Assembly: GCA_028345065.1 (NCBI GenBank) | Contig: JAOMCN010000001.1 | Coordinates: forward strand, 21,605-85,604 | DNA length: 64,000 nucleotides | Reading direction: 5' to 3' | DNA from: Rhodospirillales bacterium | GTDB lineage: Bacteria; Pseudomonadota; Alphaproteobacteria; Rhodospirillales; UBA2165 | In this document: positions 1-10,340 of the stretch, in pieces | Numbering within the stretch: position 1 is the first letter of the stretch | How the letters are laid out: each line of letters begins with the position of its first letter | Made by a program: the position numbers and the translations under genes | Notes under the pieces: model-generated | Told to the model about the DNA's origin: nothing | Databases searched by the model: none | The model's input: the letters and a program-made list of their open reading frames with translations, nothing else

Positions 1-485
1 GTCAGAAGTTCCAGACAAAAATGGAAGAACTCGAGCGGGGCATCCAACTAAGCAAAACGATCACAGCAACGCCAAACGAACTATCGAAACATGGTTTGAA
101 AATTAAGAAGGACGGCGTGCGCAGGTCGGCCCTGGACCTTCTGGCTTATCCGGAAATAACGGTCGCGAGGCTGACCAAGATATGGCCGGAGCTCGGGGCA
201 CTAAAACCAGAAACCGCCGAACAGCTTGAAACCAACAGTCAGTATTCAGGATACATGAATCGACAGGAAGCCGACATTAAGGCGTTCCGCAGCGACGAGG
301 CCCTGACATTGCCGGCTGACTTGAATTACGAGAAAATTGACGGCCTCTCAACCGAAGTAAAAAGTAAGCTTGGAGATGCAAAGCCTACCACACTGGGTGC
401 GGCGGCCCGTATTTCCGGCGTGACGCCTGTAGCGTTAACCGCCCTATTGGGACACACCCAACGATCGGCACCCGTTGACAGGTAA
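1..485 (+). CDS. mnmG: tRNA uridine 5-carboxymethylaminomethyl modification enzyme MnmG (GidA), C-terminal part; 5' end lies outside the window
   Basis: The frame is open from the window edge (same frame as ORF 21..485). It has the MnmG C-terminal pattern (NSQYSGYMNRQEADIKAFR, IDGLSTEVKSKL, ARISGVTPVAL) and sits in mnmG-rsmG-parA-parB synteny. Confidence 0.9.
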   Translation, partial: QKFQTKMEELERGIQLSKTITATPNELSKHGLKIKKDGVRRSALDLLAYPEITVARLTKIWPELGALKPETAEQLETNSQYSGYMNRQEADIKAFRSDEALTLPADLNYEKIDGLSTEVKSKLGDAKPTTLGAAARISGVTPVALTALLGHTQRSAPVDR

Positions 486-497
486 TGACTGATTAAT

Positions 498-513
498 TGT
501 TTCACGTGAAACA
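498..513. promoter_or_regulatory. parS: parS centromere-like site (ParB binding), copy 1, intergenic
   Basis: TGTTTCACGTGAAACA is an exact match to the 16-bp palindromic parS consensus TGTTNCACGTGAAACA. It lies immediately upstream of rsmG-parA-parB. Confidence 0.85.
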
Positions 514-518
514 CTGGC

Positions 519-1154
519 TTGGACATGTATGGACCGGACGAGTTTTCTAGGGACATCTCTGTTTCACGTGAAACACTGGCGCAGCTTAAAGAATTTGTTC
601 ACCTTCTTTTACATTGGCAAAAGACGCTCAATCTGATCGGTTCGACCACGGTTGTCGACATTTGGCGCCGGCACATTCTCGATTCCGCGCAGATTTTTCG
701 GTTTTTAAACCCCCCCGGGTGTTTGGTTGATTTGGGAAGCGGCGCAGGCTTTCCGGGCATTGTGCTGGCAATAATGGGGTATCCGGCGGTTAAGCTAATA
801 GAGTCTAACGGAAAAAAGTGCGCGTTTCTTCGTAATGCGTCTCATTCTTTGGAAATTAATGTAGAGGTCATACAGTGTCGTATTGAAGACTACCAACCAA
901 CCAAACGGGCGGCTTACATAACGTCTAGGGCCCTGGCCTCGCTTGAAAAATTGTTAATTTACAGTGGACCTCTTATTTCGCGGCAAGGAAAATGTTTGTT
1001 TTTGAAGGGCGCAAATGTGATCCCTGAATTGACGAAAGCAAAAAAAAACTGGAATATGAACGTCCAAAAACACATTTCTATGAGTAATCCCCGCGGGATT
1101 GTTCTTGAAATCGCGGAGCTTACCTCAATCGATGAAATACACAAAAGTAATTGA
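519..1154 (+). CDS. rsmG: 16S rRNA (guanine527-N7)-methyltransferase RsmG (GidB)
   Basis: It has the N-terminal VSRETLAQL motif and the SAM-binding motif LVDLGSGAGFPGIVLA, and its position follows mnmG. The start is uncertain: TTG at 519 or ATG at 525. Confidence 0.9.
   Translation: MDMYGPDEFSRDISVSRETLAQLKEFVHLLLHWQKTLNLIGSTTVVDIWRRHILDSAQIFRFLNPPGCLVDLGSGAGFPGIVLAIMGYPAVKLIESNGKKCAFLRNASHSLEINVEVIQCRIEDYQPTKRAAYITSRALASLEKLLIYSGPLISRQGKCLFLKGANVIPELTKAKKNWNMNVQKHISMSNPRGIVLEIAELTSIDEIHKSN
560..575. promoter_or_regulatory. parS: parS centromere-like site, copy 2, inside rsmG coding sequence
   Basis: This is a second exact TGTTTCACGTGAAACA. The 21 nt at 560..580 are identical to 498..518. 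It overlaps the rsmG codons GTT TCA CGT GAA ACA (V-S-R-E-T). Confidence 0.85.
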
Positions 1155-1941
1155 TCAGGGTGTTCCGGTCCGAGTTTTAGCCGTAGCCAACCAAAAAGGG
1201 GGGGTGGGCAAAACGACCACCGCCATCAATTTGGCGACAGCGATGGCTGCGGTGCAGAAAAAAGTCTTGATTATCGATCTTGATCCCCAGGGCAATGCTA
1301 GCACAGGCCTAGGGTTGTATTCGGATGATAGAAAGATAAATACCTATCATCTCCTCATGGGAGAGGCAGACCTGAGTGATACAATCTCCGAAACAAACAT
1401 ACCTGGATTATCAGTACTACCGTCTGGCGTTGATCTGTCTGGTGCTGAAGTAGAGCTTGTAGAGGTAGAAAACCGTCTATACCGTTTGAAAACAGCGCTG
1501 ACAGGAAACCTTTTTTCATTCGATTATATATTAATTGATTGTCCACCGGCGCTTGGCCTTTTGACATTAAATGCCCTTGTTGCTGCCCATTCGGTGCTTG
1601 TTCCCTTGCAATGCGAGTTTTTTGCGTTGGAGGGGATTAGCCACTTGGTTCGTACAATTAATCGGGTGCGGAAAGCATATAATCCAAGCCTTGATATCCA
1701 GGGCATAGTTTTAACAATGTTTGATCGTCGAAATAATTTATCGGATTCCGTGGCACTTGAGGTTCGGGACCATTTTGGTGACATTGTTTATGATACCGTT
1801 ATCCCCCGCAATGTTCGGGTATCCGAGGCGCCGTCGTACGGTAAGCCTGTTCTGCTGTACGACACCTCCTGTGCGGGTTCTCAGGCCTACATACACCTGG
1901 CAAGCGAAGTGCTTCGCCGTGAGCAGGCATTGGCGGCCTAA
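1132..1941 (+). CDS. parA: chromosome partitioning ATPase ParA (Soj)
   Basis: It has the deviant Walker A motif NQKGGVGKTTTAINLA and ParA/Soj-type sequence throughout. I take ATG 1132 as the start; the track begins at TTG 1099. Confidence 0.9.
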   Translation: MKYTKVIDQGVPVRVLAVANQKGGVGKTTTAINLATAMAAVQKKVLIIDLDPQGNASTGLGLYSDDRKINTYHLLMGEADLSDTISETNIPGLSVLPSGVDLSGAEVELVEVENRLYRLKTALTGNLFSFDYILIDCPPALGLLTLNALVAAHSVLVPLQCEFFALEGISHLVRTINRVRKAYNPSLDIQGIVLTMFDRRNNLSDSVALEVRDHFGDIVYDTVIPRNVRVSEAPSYGKPVLLYDTSCAGSQAYIHLASEVLRREQALAA

Positions 1942-2828
1942 TGTCAGATCCGGGAAAGCGCAAAAATCTGGGTAGGGGATTGGACGCCTTGCTAGGTGAA
2001 GACGCCCTGGCGGAACTTTCTTCCTCACAAAAATCAGGAGAAACCAAAGTTACATCCGTTACCGTTGCGCCTATCGGGTCTTTGGTTCCTGGAAGATATC
2101 AGCCTCGCACTCAATTTCTATCAAGCGAATTGAAGGCGCTAGCGGCTTCAATAAAAGTTAATGGTATCATTCAACCGATACTCGTTAGAAACAGCCAGAT
2201 CGAACCAGAAAAATGGGAGATAGTTGCTGGCGAACGCCGCTGGCGAGCAGCCCAAATAGCACAATTACACGAAGTTCCAATTCTTGTTCGGAAGTTAACA
2301 AATATAAAAGCATTAGAAATAGCTCTTGTGGAAAACCTTCAGCGGGAAAATTTGTCACCCTTAGAAGAAGCCAGGGGGTATGAGCAACTTATACAAGAAT
2401 TTTCTCATACTCAGGAAAAGCTGGGGAAGTTGTTGGGAAAAAGCCGGAGCCATGTGGCAAATATGATCCGCCTTTTAAGCCTGCCCGATGGCGTTAAGTC
2501 ATTGATTACTTCTAGGGTTTTAAGTGCCGGACACGCGAGGGCGCTTCTAAATTCTAGCAATCCTGGTGAGTTGGCCAAGCTTGTTGTAAAAGGGGGTCTA
2601 AATGTACGGCAAACAGAAACCCTCGCAAAAAAGGCCGGTGTTAAAAGCCGTAAAAGCCCAAATACATACGAGAAAGATGCCGACACACTCAACCTGGAAA
2701 GGGAAATCTCTACCTCTCTCGGACTTAGTGTCTCAATTCATTTTACGCCATCCGGTGGAAAGGTAACAGTTAACTATGACACACTGGAACAGCTGGACGA
2801 AGTTCTAGCGCGGCTAAAAAAAAACTAA
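1941..2828 (+). CDS. parB: chromosome partitioning protein ParB (Spo0J)
   Basis: It has the ParB box GERRWRAA, an HTH region (QEKLGKLLGKSRSHVANMIRLL), and a TAATG overlap with the parA stop. Confidence 0.92.
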   Translation: MSDPGKRKNLGRGLDALLGEDALAELSSSQKSGETKVTSVTVAPIGSLVPGRYQPRTQFLSSELKALAASIKVNGIIQPILVRNSQIEPEKWEIVAGERRWRAAQIAQLHEVPILVRKLTNIKALEIALVENLQRENLSPLEEARGYEQLIQEFSHTQEKLGKLLGKSRSHVANMIRLLSLPDGVKSLITSRVLSAGHARALLNSSNPGELAKLVVKGGLNVRQTETLAKKAGVKSRKSPNTYEKDADTLNLEREISTSLGLSVSIHFTPSGGKVTVNYDTLEQLDEVLARLKKN

Positions 2829-2949
2829 CCCCTCCACAACCGAACGATGTTTTGTAGTTTAAGGGGGTGGTGCTTCGCTAAAATCGAATTTTCTAGTCGA
2901 CAGATTTTTCAAAAAAAGCTGGCCGTTAGATCATTCCACCGTGAAAAAA

Positions 2950-3972
2950 CTAATTTTTTCTAGCTATTTGACTTAATCGCAGTAACGCACGCTCTCCAAT
3001 GATGTTCTGTGGTAACCGTGTCGACTTACATTCTATCTCGGCAGTCGAAAGAAGCTCAAGGGCTGTTCCTATGAGTGAGGGCGTCCACATACCGAGCTGC
3101 GCCAAAAATCGTTGGGCAAAGGTAAAGATCACAGGCGGCCGTAAAATCTTTATTGCCTCACTTGGCGTTCTGCCGTCAGCACAAATTTCGCTCGCAAGCA
3201 GCAACCTATGTAAATGCCTTTGTGTCGCTCTAAGCAGGGCAATCGTGGAAATTCCTTCCGCGGCGATGCGTAAAAGACTTTCATTCAATTTATTTTTATT
3301 TCCACCAGCAGCAGCGTACACGAGTTCTTCAATAGAAAAAGCGCTACTGTCACCTATTATAGCAACCACATCTTCAATTGAAACATCTCCGTTGGACCCA
3401 ACAAACAAAACCAGCTTTTCTAACTCACTTCGGGAAACCATTCGGTCCGAGCCAAGATGATTTAACAGATAATCTTTGGCTGTGCCGCTAATGTTGAGGC
3501 CCCGGGACTTTATTACTTCTGAGATTAGGTCGGAAAGGTCGGCTTGAGTATCTTGGTAGCAGGCTATAACGGCGGTTTTGGTTTCTTTTTCCATAAATCG
3601 ACGAACAGCCGATGAGGCACTCAAAAACCCCGCCTCTATTACAATTAGGGCATTTTGTTTTGGCAACTCAAACAGGGCCCTGAGACAGTCGGAAATGTTT
3701 TCGGTTCCGAGACGAATACGAACGACACGCCGGCCTCCGACCAGACACTGTGCTGTAAATTCGTCAGTTAATTTGGAAGGGTCGCCTAATATTTCACTGG
3801 CACCTAACTCTGAAACCCTAAACGGGTCAGCAGGGTCTTCAACAACGGCTCGGGTAATTCTTAGAACTCTCTCATGAATAAGCCCGGTGTCCTTGCCATA
3901 AACCAAAACGGCCAGGACGTGGTCAGGGGGCTTGTTTAAAAAGGCGTTTAAATTTCGAGTTAAAACTTTCAC
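2950..3972 (-). CDS. holA: DNA polymerase III delta subunit HolA
   Basis: It is delta-subunit-like (VLVYGKDTGLIHE) and sits in the leuS-lptE-holA operon order. I set the start at in-frame GTG 3972, 11 nt after the lptE stop. The track start at 4092 overlaps lptE by 110 nt. Confidence 0.8.
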   Translation of the reverse strand: MKVLTRNLNAFLNKPPDHVLAVLVYGKDTGLIHERVLRITRAVVEDPADPFRVSELGASEILGDPSKLTDEFTAQCLVGGRRVVRIRLGTENISDCLRALFELPKQNALIVIEAGFLSASSAVRRFMEKETKTAVIACYQDTQADLSDLISEVIKSRGLNISGTAKDYLLNHLGSDRMVSRSELEKLVLFVGSNGDVSIEDVVAIIGDSSAFSIEELVYAAAGGNKNKLNESLLRIAAEGISTIALLRATQRHLHRLLLASEICADGRTPSEAIKILRPPVIFTFAQRFLAQLGMWTPSLIGTALELLSTAEIECKSTRLPQNIIGERALLRLSQIARKN

Positions 3973-3982
3973 GGAGACAGTG

Positions 3983-4486
3983 TCAGGATACTTGTGAACG
4001 ACGAACAAAAGCGGCAATTCTGTTGTTAATATCAGCACTGAGTTCCCTAACAGCCCGGGTGCGTGCATTCTCTTCAGCAGCCAACGTTGCAAAATGAGAG
4101 CTTAGAATATTATAGCTGACCGTGATTTTGGAAGTCCCCGAAAAGTTTTTCCCTAAATGCTTATTTTTACCTTTAAGATTGAAGACAGCTAAAAAATTGA
4201 GGTTAGATCGGGTGGAAAGAGCGGACTTCTTTAAGGCTAAAAGCTGTTTTTGAGAGGTTAATTGGACAGTCAAAGTATAGTTTGGAGATTGAGGAGCGCC
4301 GCCGGGATTGATCCGATCTAGTAAAAAATTCCGCAGTTGCTGCCCTTGGCCACCTTTGATTATACCCACTTCAATAGTGGCCATTTCCATTTGGGTGCGG
4401 GCTTGTCCCCTGCTCCCATAAATAGGCTGGAAACCACACGCCCCTAAAACGGCCAAAGCGGCAACATAAGCAGATATTCTAAACAA
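3983..4486 (-). CDS. lptE: LPS-assembly lipoprotein LptE (RlpB)
   Basis: It has a lipoprotein signal with lipobox LGAC-G, lies between leuS and holA, and its TTG start overlaps the leuS stop by 8 nt. Confidence 0.75.
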   Translation of the reverse strand: MFRISAYVAALAVLGACGFQPIYGSRGQARTQMEMATIEVGIIKGGQGQQLRNFLLDRINPGGAPQSPNYTLTVQLTSQKQLLALKKSALSTRSNLNFLAVFNLKGKNKHLGKNFSGTSKITVSYNILSSHFATLAAEENARTRAVRELSADINNRIAAFVRRSQVS

Positions 4487-7040
4487 CGAAATTCACAATC
4501 TTGTTGGACACAAATATTACTTTACGAGGATTGCGGCCATCAAGCAACTTTGCAACTGGCTCCAAACCTAAAGCAAGGGGTTCGACATGTTCTTGAGATA
4601 AATTCCGTTCTACATCGACAGTGACCCGCAGCTTTCCATTAACTTGTACGGCAATGGTTACTGTATCTTCTTCCAATAGCGCTAAATCAAAATCTGGCCA
4701 AGGTGTCTCTACGACCAAGGTAGTATATCCCAGTTTTTGCCACATTTCTTCTGCTAAGTGGGGTAGCATAGGAGCAATAAGCTTCGTAACTGTTTCCATT
4801 CCACGCCGGTAAACCCAACCGGCGCCGTCGTCATTGTTGAGTTCATCCAACAAATTGGTTAACTCGCGTATTCTAGCGACCGCTTTATTAAAGTGGAAGT
4901 TGTCTAAGTCCTTCCCAACCGCCGCGGTTGTTTGGTGCACTGACCGCCGAACTTTTTCTACGGAAGGCCCAATTTTGTTTGGCATTGGTAGGTCCCGCCC
5001 AACGAGGGGCATTTGGGGTTCGGAGATCATCCGCCACAACTTGTTGACGTACCTCCAGGCCCCTTCGATCCCAGATGCAGTCCAGTCTAGGTCTCGGTTT
5101 GGTGGGCTGTCAGATAACATAAATAAGCGTGCTGTATCAGCGCCGTACACCTGTATGATTAGTTCGGGGTCAACAACATTTTTCCGAGACTTGCTCATTT
5201 TTTCGGTGCGCCCGACGGTAATGGGGGAACCGTTATCAATTCGCTGGTACGAACCATTTGGAGTTTTTTCAATTTCTTCCGGTAGCACCCAGTTTCCTCC
5301 GCTATCCCGATATGTTTCGTGACAAACCATACCCTGGGTCATCATTCCGGCAAAAGGCTCCGAAATGCCTATATAGCCACACTTATTCAGGGCCCGTGTA
5401 AAAAACCTTGAATACAACAAATGAAGGATAGCATGTTCGATGCCACCGATATATTGATCGACGGGCATCCAATAATCTAAGGCAGCGCGATCGAGGGCTG
5501 CTTTAGAGTGAGGCGAACAAAATCGTGCAAAATACCAGGATGACTCAAAAAAGGTATCAAAGGTATCAGTTTCACGTTCCGCCGGTTTGCCGCAGTCCGG
5601 ACAATTCACAAATTTCCAGGTGGGGTGGCTATCTAGCGGGTTGCCTGGTTTGCCGAAACTCACATCCCTCGGAAGCTCAACGGGCAGGTCTCGCTCAGGA
5701 ACCTGTACGAAGCCACATTGTTTGCACTTGATTATCGGTATCGGGCAACCCCAATAGCGTTGTCTTGAGACGCCCCAATCCCTTAGGCGGTAGTTAATGA
5801 CACGTTTACCAGAATTTGTTTCTTCAAGCTTTTTGGCAACGGCAACCTTTGCTTGGGAAATGTTTAAGCCATCCAAAAAGCCGGAATTTATATGAACACC
5901 ATCCCCCAGATAGGCTTCACCTTTAACAGCGAACGAACTTTTGCTGCTATCAATCGGCGCGACAACAGTGATCACATCGAGCTCATATTTTCTTGCAAAA
6001 TCTAAGTCCCTTTGATCGTGCCCTGGGCAACCAAATATTGCTCCAGTGCCATATTCCATAAGGACAAAGTTGGCAACATAGAGGGGCAGTTTTTTATCTT
6101 TTATGAGGGGGTGTTCTAATTCGTATCCTGACAAAACGCCAACCTTCTCTGCCGTTTCTATAGCCTCTGCGCTAGTCCCCTGGCGGTTGCATTCAGTAAT
6201 AAACTTTTGCACTACTATGTCTGACTGTGCGAGTTCCTCTGCCATTGGGTGGTTGGGTGAAATAGCGCAAAAAGTTGCGCCGTAGAGAGTGTCTGCTCGT
6301 GTAGAAAAGACCTCTAATACGTCATCACGGCCGGAAACACGAAATTCTATGTGCATGCCTTCGGAGCGCCCAATCCAGTTTTCCTGCATGAGCCGAACGC
6401 GGTCAGGCCATCGGTTTAGCCCCTTCAAAGCCAAGAGGAGGTCTTCAGAATATTCAGTAATTTTTAAAAACCATTGCGAAAGTTTCTTTCTTTCTACAGG
6501 CGCCCCAGAGCGCCAACCTTTGCCGTCAATTACCTGTTCGTTGGCCAAAACCGTTTCCTCCGCCGGATCCCAATTGACCCATGCTTCCCGACGGTAGGCA
6601 AGGCCCACGTTCAAAAAATCAAGGAACATCTTTTGTTCGTGTTTGTAGTATTGAGGTTGGCAGGTTGCAAATTCCCGATCCCAGTCATAGGAGAAACCCA
6701 TGCTTTTTAGTTGATTGCGCATGGCGGCAATGTTTTGTTCCGTCCAGTCGGCTGGCGCAATTTTATTCTCAATAGCGGCGTTTTCAGCTGGCAGCCCGAA
6801 GGCATCCCATCCCATTGGGTGTAGAACATTGAAACCGCGAGCCTTTTTATACCTTGCCACCAAGTCCCCTAATGTATAGTTCCTGACGTGACCCATGTGC
6901 ATGCGTCCAGAGGGATATGGAAACATTTCAAGGACGTAGTATTTTGGGACGTCACTTACATCGGATACATTAAAGCACTGCCGCTCTTCCCAAACAGCTT
7001 GCCAATATTTTTCGGCTCTTTTGAAGTTATATCTTGACAT
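4479..7040 (-). CDS. leuS: leucine--tRNA ligase
   Basis: The 853-aa protein has the class I HIGH motif ([15 protein letters not shown]), the KMSKS motif and a CP1 editing domain. Confidence 0.97.
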   Translation of the reverse strand: MSRYNFKRAEKYWQAVWEERQCFNVSDVSDVPKYYVLEMFPYPSGRMHMGHVRNYTLGDLVARYKKARGFNVLHPMGWDAFGLPAENAAIENKIAPADWTEQNIAAMRNQLKSMGFSYDWDREFATCQPQYYKHEQKMFLDFLNVGLAYRREAWVNWDPAEETVLANEQVIDGKGWRSGAPVERKKLSQWFLKITEYSEDLLLALKGLNRWPDRVRLMQENWIGRSEGMHIEFRVSGRDDVLEVFSTRADTLYGATFCAISPNHPMAEELAQSDIVVQKFITECNRQGTSAEAIETAEKVGVLSGYELEHPLIKDKKLPLYVANFVLMEYGTGAIFGCPGHDQRDLDFARKYELDVITVVAPIDSSKSSFAVKGEAYLGDGVHINSGFLDGLNISQAKVAVAKKLEETNSGKRVINYRLRDWGVSRQRYWGCPIPIIKCKQCGFVQVPERDLPVELPRDVSFGKPGNPLDSHPTWKFVNCPDCGKPAERETDTFDTFFESSWYFARFCSPHSKAALDRAALDYWMPVDQYIGGIEHAILHLLYSRFFTRALNKCGYIGISEPFAGMMTQGMVCHETYRDSGGNWVLPEEIEKTPNGSYQRIDNGSPITVGRTEKMSKSRKNVVDPELIIQVYGADTARLFMLSDSPPNRDLDWTASGIEGAWRYVNKLWRMISEPQMPLVGRDLPMPNKIGPSVEKVRRSVHQTTAAVGKDLDNFHFNKAVARIRELTNLLDELNNDDGAGWVYRRGMETVTKLIAPMLPHLAEEMWQKLGYTTLVVETPWPDFDLALLEEDTVTIAVQVNGKLRVTVDVERNLSQEHVEPLALGLEPVAKLLDGRNPRKVIFVSNKIVNFVV

Positions 7041-7181
7041 TGGATCTAAGGTTCAAACGATCTTAATAATCATTGACTTCATCTATAAACGAAGAGAAAC
7101 ACGCCTGCCCGGCAGCGCCACCCTGTTGCGGTGCTATCGCGACTTTTAATATCAACGGGCCGTTTGATTTAGGAAACGTTT

Positions 7182-7722
7182 TTATTTCAGCGACCCCGCT
7201 CGAAATTGTTGCGCTCTGGTTAGTATTGAGTTCTCCACCAACGTCTGGGTATCGGTTTGAAGGACCGCTTGTTGCCATTCGCCTCGGGCATTCAAAATTT
7301 GTTTAAATATTGATACTCTCACGCCATCCGCGCGTAGCGCGCGGCCCAAAATAAAAATGTTAAATTTAAATCGTTCACGGGGAGTTTCCGGGGGAGCATA
7401 CCAATCGGTAATTATAACCCCCCCCAAATGGATCCGCTGAAGAAACAGGCCACGAAGAAATCACGTCTAGGCTTGCACGCCATAAAAAAGCATTAACCCC
7501 GATGCCGCTGCCTCTGTCACCTTTTGGAGCGTCGACCTCGTCGTCGCCACCAAACGTCAAGGCGTCACCGCCAAAGATCGTTTCCCTTTTCTTCATGTCG
7601 ACCGTTTCATCATCGAGCGTCGCGAGGTCCAGCACTTCTCCTCCACACGATGACAAAAGTGCCCCTATAAGTATCACGGCAAGACCATTTAACGTGTACT
7701 GCCTGAAGCCAGCAAAACCCAT
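7182..7722 (-). pseudogene. DUF3576-family lipoprotein whose reading frame is interrupted at a C8/G8 homopolymer (7418..7425)
   Basis: ORF 7375..7722 has the lipobox LLSSC and ends ...ADPFGG. ORF 7182..7427 begins VIITDWYAPPETPRERF. Together they form one DUF3576-type protein if the 8-nt run is read as 7 nt. Confidence 0.7.
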
Positions 7723-8132
7723 TTCGAAAATGTCCCTCTAAAACGTCAAATCAACGATATAGCTATAGTTACCCAGAAAGTCTATCCAAGTCCAACTCAG
7801 GGTTTAGCAAGATGTGCCTTATTTGAAAATGTCGCTGTCCGATCAAAGCAGGATTCCGAAACTATTAGACAATAACAAGCAGACGATTTACTACTTTTGG
7901 CAGGCCACACTATACGGGTTGACCCGACTAGTTTTATTAACAAATTTATCAATTAACGTGTGATGCAATTTTGCCACATGTACAAAAAAATGGTACAAAT
8001 AAGGCACAATCTCTGTTGACCCTCCGTGGCGACTGTGGCTTATTACCAGTATCGATAGTTTTGAGACAACCTCTTCAGCCTGGGTTCAGCGTTAATGCCT
8101 TCTGGGATGGGGAAATTTTAGGAGGATTTATC

Positions 8133-9230
8133 TTGAAGAAATTTCTATTTTCCACCACCGCCCTTGCTGTAGCGGGTGCCTTTGCATTTGGCGCTGACGC
8201 CAATGCTGCTGCGAAACCCATAAAGATAGCCGTAGGCGGTTTCATGACCACAGAGATGGGTTTCGGCAATAATGACAGCGCTTTCGAAACAGGTGGGGCA
8301 TCTTCAACCACTACCAGTAACAAGAGAGCGACCTTTAACAATGTTCAGGACAGTGAGATATTATTCTCAGGTTCCACCAAGCTCGATAATGGTATTTCGC
8401 TCTCCATTAACATCCAGCTTGAGGGCGACCAGGCCGTGGCCGCAGGAACTCAGATTGATGAGTCCTATATGAAATTGACGGGTGCTTTTGGTGACCTCCG
8501 TCTTGGTTCAACGACAGGCACCAATTCAGTCTTGAAACATATGGCGCCATACGTTGGTGTTGGACTAGACGGTGGAGGATCCGATAATTACATCACCGTA
8601 CCAGCTGCTGTAACCGCTGGTAACTCAAGCAACGCGTCAACGAGTGGCGACGCCAACAAAATTGCCTACATTACACCTCGTTCAGGCGGTCTGGCGTTAG
8701 GTGTGTCTTGGACTCCGTCGACCTCTAATTTAAACACGTCGCCGGTTACCGGTGGTAATGCGGGAACTGAGATTGCGGTTTTAGAGGGAGCTCTATCCTA
8801 CGAAACCACAATGGGAACGTCATCTGTTAAAGCAGATATCGCATTCGAATCCGCTAGTAACAATACGAGGAAGTATCGTGGCGGTGTTCTGGTCGGAGCA
8901 GGTGGTGTCACTGTCGGTGGTTCTTATAGTGTACAAGACGATGATACAGAAGGCGTTAGAGATAAACGTATAGCGTACGATCTGGGTGTTTCCTACGTCA
9001 TGGGAGCTTATAAATTTGGGCTTGCCATGGCCCAAGGAACACGGGACTTTGGCACGAATAATGAAGACGATGAAGATAAATGGAGTGCTGGCCTTCAGTA
9101 CACCATTGATACAGGCGTAACTGGGACGCTTACATATATTAACGCTGACTACGAAGACGGCGCTTCAGGCGCAGATACCAACAACAACGATGGCCATGCC
9201 CTTATTGGTCAGATAAAGGTAAGCTTCTAG
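8133..9230 (+). CDS. outer-membrane porin (Gram-negative porin family)
   Basis: The signal peptide LKKFLFSTTALAVAGAFAFGADANA follows TTG 8133 with the RBS AGGAGG at 8120..8125. The protein has an alternating beta-strand pattern and the C-terminal OMP signature ...IKVSF. The upstream track extension 7971..8132 is not supported. Confidence 0.8.
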   Translation: MKKFLFSTTALAVAGAFAFGADANAAAKPIKIAVGGFMTTEMGFGNNDSAFETGGASSTTTSNKRATFNNVQDSEILFSGSTKLDNGISLSINIQLEGDQAVAAGTQIDESYMKLTGAFGDLRLGSTTGTNSVLKHMAPYVGVGLDGGGSDNYITVPAAVTAGNSSNASTSGDANKIAYITPRSGGLALGVSWTPSTSNLNTSPVTGGNAGTEIAVLEGALSYETTMGTSSVKADIAFESASNNTRKYRGGVLVGAGGVTVGGSYSVQDDDTEGVRDKRIAYDLGVSYVMGAYKFGLAMAQGTRDFGTNNEDDEDKWSAGLQYTIDTGVTGTLTYINADYEDGASGADTNNNDGHALIGQIKVSF

Positions 9231-9254
9231 CGTTAGAGCTTTTGAAAAGAATGC

Positions 9255-9282
9255 GGGGAGCGGTTTTACCGCTCCCCTTTTT
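9255..9282. terminator. intrinsic terminator between the convergent porin and J-domain genes
   Basis: GGGGAGCGGT-TTT-ACCGCTCCCC forms a 10-bp GC-rich stem followed by TTTTT. Confidence 0.8.
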
Positions 9283-9303
9283 CTTTGCCGATTTTTAAAT
9301 ATT

Positions 9304-9945
9304 TTATTTACAGAGAAGTTGCATGGCCGTGTTGAGCTGGCTCATGCGATGGTGGCTGCCGTCGTGACTGTCCGGGTGATGTATCGTTGCGAGGGTTCTA
9401 AAACGGGCCCTTACGGTGGCCTTGTCGGGGTTTTCCCTGGGGGCAAAACCAAGAACGTGAAGTGCTTCTTCGGAGGTGGATACTCCTTCCTGAAGAGGAT
9501 CGAATGCCAAGACGGAAATAATTTTTTTCAGACGCTCCACTTCACCAGATAGTTTTTGGTCGGGTTCAGTCTCCGGTGATAGGGCGTTAGGGTTGGCGAG
9601 TTTGAGCTCCAGAGACCCGTTGTTTATCCTAAGGGCGATGTTAAGCGCCCGGCGCACCGTTGAGACGTCGTATCCTGACCGTAGACGGACCTGAATACGG
9701 GGTTTCCGTTGCCATAATTTACCGGCTGAGGGGCCCGACTTTATCAATGTTTGTTCGCGGTCGCCTGGGGGTGGGCCGCCAGGGTCTGGAATAGAGCGGA
9801 TGACTTCTTCCGGTACCGTCAAAAGAATAGATCGGGCGACGTCTGCAACATTACCCCGAAGGGAGACGGCGAGAGCACTAATCGCATCCCTAAATGAACT
9901 GGCGCAGGGAATTGTGTAGGAGGATTTATGGGATTTGGGGCACAT
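9304..9945 (-). CDS. J-domain (DnaJ-like) protein
   Basis: A C-terminal J domain carries the HPD motif (FRTLATIHHPDSHDG). The N-terminal region is uncharacterised. Confidence 0.65.
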   Translation of the reverse strand: MCPKSHKSSYTIPCASSFRDAISALAVSLRGNVADVARSILLTVPEEVIRSIPDPGGPPPGDREQTLIKSGPSAGKLWQRKPRIQVRLRSGYDVSTVRRALNIALRINNGSLELKLANPNALSPETEPDQKLSGEVERLKKIISVLAFDPLQEGVSTSEEALHVLGFAPRENPDKATVRARFRTLATIHHPDSHDGSHHRMSQLNTAMQLLCK

Positions 9946-10340
9946 AGAACCTAATGTATCACCTTAGCAGTTACACAATATAGTAGTGGTAAACAGCCCG
10001 TTTAAAACAAGCCCGGCCTATTCATAATTATTTAGTCTTTTCACTAACTACTATTGTTGTTGTCGGTATAATTGTTTTCCCTGGCGCTGTCACCTTCTTA
10101 ACTAAAGGGCGAGAAAAAACGTTTAATGCATTCTTAAAATGTAATTAATACTTCATTCCGAGATCGGCTGTTCCGAATAACTGCAAAAGGACATATCAAC
10201 TAGGCCAAGACCATATATCCTTAAACGGAAAACCCACAAATTCTATCGTGAGTTACTAAAACGATCCCTTAATCTATTAAAAACTAAATTTTATGGAAAG
10301 CGTCTATGAGAGACGCAAAAACACAGAACAAGAACCATGT

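Noticed and set aside
2999-3460. A 153-aa plus-strand ORF opposite holA. Similar antisense ORFs occur opposite leuS, the fructosamine kinase (40468..40875) and others.
   Set aside because: They all overlap better-supported genes on the opposite strand and have no recognisable motifs.
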